From Amoebidium appalachense (taxonomy: Eukaryota; Protista; Ichthyosporea): a stretch of 64,000 bases of DNA. The notes below the pieces were generated by a model. The model saw only the letters and a list, made by a program, of their open reading frames with translations. It made no database searches and was not told where the DNA came from. The stretch covers positions 17,765,615-17,829,614 of the forward strand of contig CAVNZM010000002.1 in the NCBI GenBank assembly GCA_963693365.1. The letters are read 5' to 3'. The position numbers and the translations under genes are program-made. Position 1 is the first letter of the stretch. Each line of letters opens with the position of its first letter. This document shows positions 57,433 through 64,000 of this stretch, piece by piece.

Positions 57433-58171
57433 AGGCCCACACCTACCTGCCTATATATGTCCACGGGCTGGTCGACCATGTACCCCGGCTGTGACAGGCC
57501 TGCGTTGCACACCACCACGTCCAGTGACCCCACGGCCCTCACGGCCTCCTGCACGGTGGCCTGCACCGCACTGGTGTCGGCCACGTCACAGCTGAGCGCT
57601 AGAATCTTCTGGTTGCTGCCGGCTGGAACAACACCTTCCAGTGCCTTCTTGGCCGCCTGCAGCTTGGCCTCACTGCGTGCTACTATTGTCACGTGCGCAC
57701 CCTGAAATTGTAGGTGGGGGTTCAGGGAGGAGAAGGGGCGGGGGGGGGGGGGGGGGGGGGGGGTATGAATGCTAAGGCCGACAGGCCTGTGGGTAGGTTT
57801 GCATGGAAGAGTAGACTAAATAAGAAGATCCTAAGTAAAAGGTGTGAGTGATCGAAAAGCACGTGTAAGTGCCCAGCACAGGTGTGCGCGTGTAAGTGCA
57901 CGTGCATGTGTGTGGGTGTTCGCGCAAGTGTGTGCACGCTTGCAGATGAGGGTGTGCGCGCGTGAATGTCGGTGTGTGGGTGCACCACGCAAGTGCGAGC
58001 ATGTTTGTGTGTGTTGGTGTATGCAAGCAAATGTGCAAGTGTGCGCGTGCCCGAGTGCATGGGCACGGGCTTGCGTGCACGTGTGCATGTGTTGGTGTGT
58101 GAATGTGTTTGTGCGTGCGTGCGCGCGTGCGTGCGTGCGTGCGCGCGCGCGTGTGATGTACACACACACAC

Positions 58172-58240
<69 letters not shown>

Positions 58241-58698
58241 CGCGCGCGCACGTGTGTGTGCGTGTCTATGTGTGTGCGTGTGCGTGCGTGCATGTGTCGT
58301 GTGTGTGTGTGTGTGTGTGTGTCACGGACACATGCGCGCACGCGCGCGCGCGCGCATGTGTCCGTGTAACTCTTTCCCCCCTCCCCCCGCCCCACCTCCC
58401 TGAAAATCCAGCACCCTCATACGCTGCCTTTTCCCAGTTCATCCACGGCAGTAGTTGGCTAGCTTATTATGCCAGAATAGAATGAAAGTATCACGCGCAA
58501 GCACCCCCTCCAACATCTACCTTCTTTGCACATATTTGCGCAAAGGCCAGGCCCAGGCCCGCACTCCCCCCGGTGATGAACACGTGCTTGCCCTTGACGT
58601 GGAAGCCCGGCCCCAACAGCACCTTGCACACGTGCACCCCCCACTATGCCCGCAAGGTAACAGCCCGCAGCTACCACGGCCCACCACCAGCCCTCCAT
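53184..58698 (-). CDS. KDSR: 3-ketodihydrosphingosine reductase (TSC10/FVT1; SDR family), 6 exons, with one apparent +1 homopolymer frameshift in exon 1
   Basis: Exons 58698-58521, 57701-57447, 56115-55984, 55512-55345, 54071-53903 and 53260-53184. Motifs [50 protein letters not shown] (YxxxK) and [18 protein letters not shown], plus a C-terminal hydrophobic segment ending HVKTD*. Confidence 0.88.
56283..56600 (-). mobile_element. Structured-RNA interspersed element, copy B, in a KDSR intron
   Basis: Homologous to 18265-18619. Flanked by the 15-bp direct repeat gggaggggggggggg (56268-56282 and 56601-56615). Confidence 0.75.
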
Positions 58699-59063
58699 CG
58701 TGAAGCTTACAAGAAAGCGAAAAATGGGAGAATAAATAAAAAACTGGACGGGACTAAGCCAGAGTGTTCGTATCCCAACTTTTCCGAAACGCTTAGCTAT
58801 AGTAATCTTTTGGGGTTTATGCAGATAGGGCCTTGCGCACTTGCCTTTTATGGGTTTTGATCCAGCGTCCATGTCCATGACATCATTAGTAACACTGAAA
58901 GCTACTATCGCTCCCCAAAATGTGGCCCCTAACGTATACATTTGTAGACTATTAGATTGTCGAACCGTCCGACGAGTGAGTCGGTCAGCTGCAGTGACAG
59001 CAGTCGAACCTTTCTCAGCCGGACCCATTCTTTTTCTTTTGACCTTTTTGTCTGCAACACAAC

Positions 59064-62566
<3,503 letters not shown>

Positions 62567-62659
62567 GTGGGAGACCCCCCCCCCCCCTCCATTATTTCCC
62601 CGCCAATCCCCCTCCTCTCCCTCAAGTGACACACACAAACACACAGCCGTAGTTGTTTG

Positions 62660-64000
62660 GGGGTTTACGCACTGTGTATTGCTGCGGACATCGTCAGGGG
62701 CCCAGCCTCAATTGACGGCCTACTGCGTTTTCCAGCGCAGCCAATCAAATGCAGCTAGTGACTTATGTACACCGTATGCAATAAAACAACCCTCGCATAG
62801 ATTATGGATAAGCAGAAGCTAGCATTGGTAGCTCCGAGAGAAAGTTGACACCGTATCGCAATATCATACTGTGCAGCATTAATAAGGTGATCTAACACGG
62901 GGGAGAGAAGTAGAAAAGGGAATAAAGCCGCCCATAACCTCCGGTTCTACCCATTAGCTAACAGCTCACACTTATTGATAGATATGCATCCGCGAGTAAA
63001 CCGCCCCCCACACATATTACACATACGAGCAGGAGACACCAAAAACCGATTACAACGCCAAGACATAATCATCTTTGCATATTTATACGACAAAACATCA
63101 TGAATAAACGAATCTATATAGGAGCGAGATTGTCTAACCGTATCCGCCATATAAGCTACTAGTAGTTGGTGTTTCTTCTGACCTAACACTGGGAGGGACT
63201 CTACACGTAACGTAAATAGGTATCTATCCGCCATAGACTTAAAACTATTCATAGTCACACTATGGTTCAGCCGTACCTCCGGTGGAGTCGCCAGCCACTC
63301 CGCATATCGCTCGACAGTGGGCAGAGACGATGTGGAAGGGAAGAGGTAGAGGGGCGGGTCTGGCGGGGATGCGTGTAGCCGGAAGAGTGGATGGGTCGGG
63401 GCAATGGCGGATAGGCGGGTGATGTGCTCGTGAAATTTAAGGGCCAATTCGTGTACGCGTTGTGATGGTGGTGTGAGTGCGTATAAAGAATCGAAAAGGC
63501 GTCTAGAAATAGGTGTGGAAAGACCAGTAAGAAACGTACAACAAGTTGTGTAGTGGAAGTCATCTAGTGATTGGAGAACATTTGCAACGGTATCAGGGGG
63601 TGCCATAGCTAATAAAGGCAACCAGTATTCAGACAAAGGGCAAATAAAGGTGCGAAATATACTAAGACGGTTGTGTAAGTGTACAGTAGTAGAAAGATTA
63701 GCAAGATACACATCCCTAAATAAACGACGACACCTGCCTGCACTCTCCACCCGACGGTCGACCATCCGTTTGAAACATATGCCCCACTCATCCATCGGAA
63801 CCCCCAAATACTTATATTCAATTGGGCGAGGGAGGGGACTGCCGAATATACAAACGTCGTCCCATGCCGGTATCAATTTTGATAAAAGGGCACACTTTTT
63901 GACGTTAACCTTCATATCGTTGCGCTGGCACCAATGTTCAACCACACGAATATATTGCTGTAGTTCGATAGGATCGGATGACGTAAGCACAATATCGTTG
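62660..64000 (-). mobile_element. Decayed non-LTR retrotransposon (RT domains 5-7, thumb, C-terminal Cys motif), antisense within a VAT1 intron; 3' boundary approximate
   Basis: ORF 62947-63990 contains WCQRNDMKVNVKKC, YKYLGVP, FRTFICPLSEY and CNMCGGRFTRGC. The catalytic position reads ND-IVL rather than DD. The frame stays open past the TAG at 62947 (..VLDHLINAAQY..). Confidence 0.85.

Noticed and set aside
58637-58642. Frameshifts in KDSR (C6 run) and VAT1 (C5 run, 59359-59363) as pseudogenisation or programmed frameshifting
   Set aside because: Each is one extra base in a homopolymer of an otherwise intact gene, most likely a long-read consensus error. Short reads would settle it.
62660-62705. 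CTGACGA (minus strand) in the terminal LINE 3' region as a hammerhead ribozyme
   Set aside because: It is followed by GTAAAC rather than GAAAC, and no convincing stems I or III are present.

Overview
Intron-rich eukaryotic genomic DNA dominated by (CA)n/(GT)n microsatellites, poly-C/poly-G runs and 26-42 bp minisatellites. The gene content suggests a unicellular holozoan, possibly an ichthyosporean, but this is inference only. Almost all ORFs in the supplied track are repeat artefacts. Manual splicing gives seven genes: a receptor-L/Ecm33-like LRR surface protein (+, 5'-partial), TRPC4AP (-), PDAT/LRO1 (+), RBX1 (-), a small mucin-like membrane protein with an integrin-beta-like double NPxF/H tail (+), KDSR (-) and a VAT-1-like MDR oxidoreductase (+, 3'-partial). 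Mobile DNA comprises a non-autonomous PIF/Harbinger-type element (TTA TSD) carrying a nested 5'-truncated RNase H-type LINE with a perfect 19-bp TSD, a decayed LINE RT at the window end, and a fold-back MITE-like element. The most unusual feature is a ~320-350 bp element present twice (18265-18619 and 56283-56600). Both copies are sense-oriented in introns and abut poly-C tracts at 3' splice sites. They share a covarying multi-helix RNA fold that carries hammerhead-like core segments in scrambled order. Many 3' splice sites use (CA)n directly before AG instead of a polypyrimidine tract.
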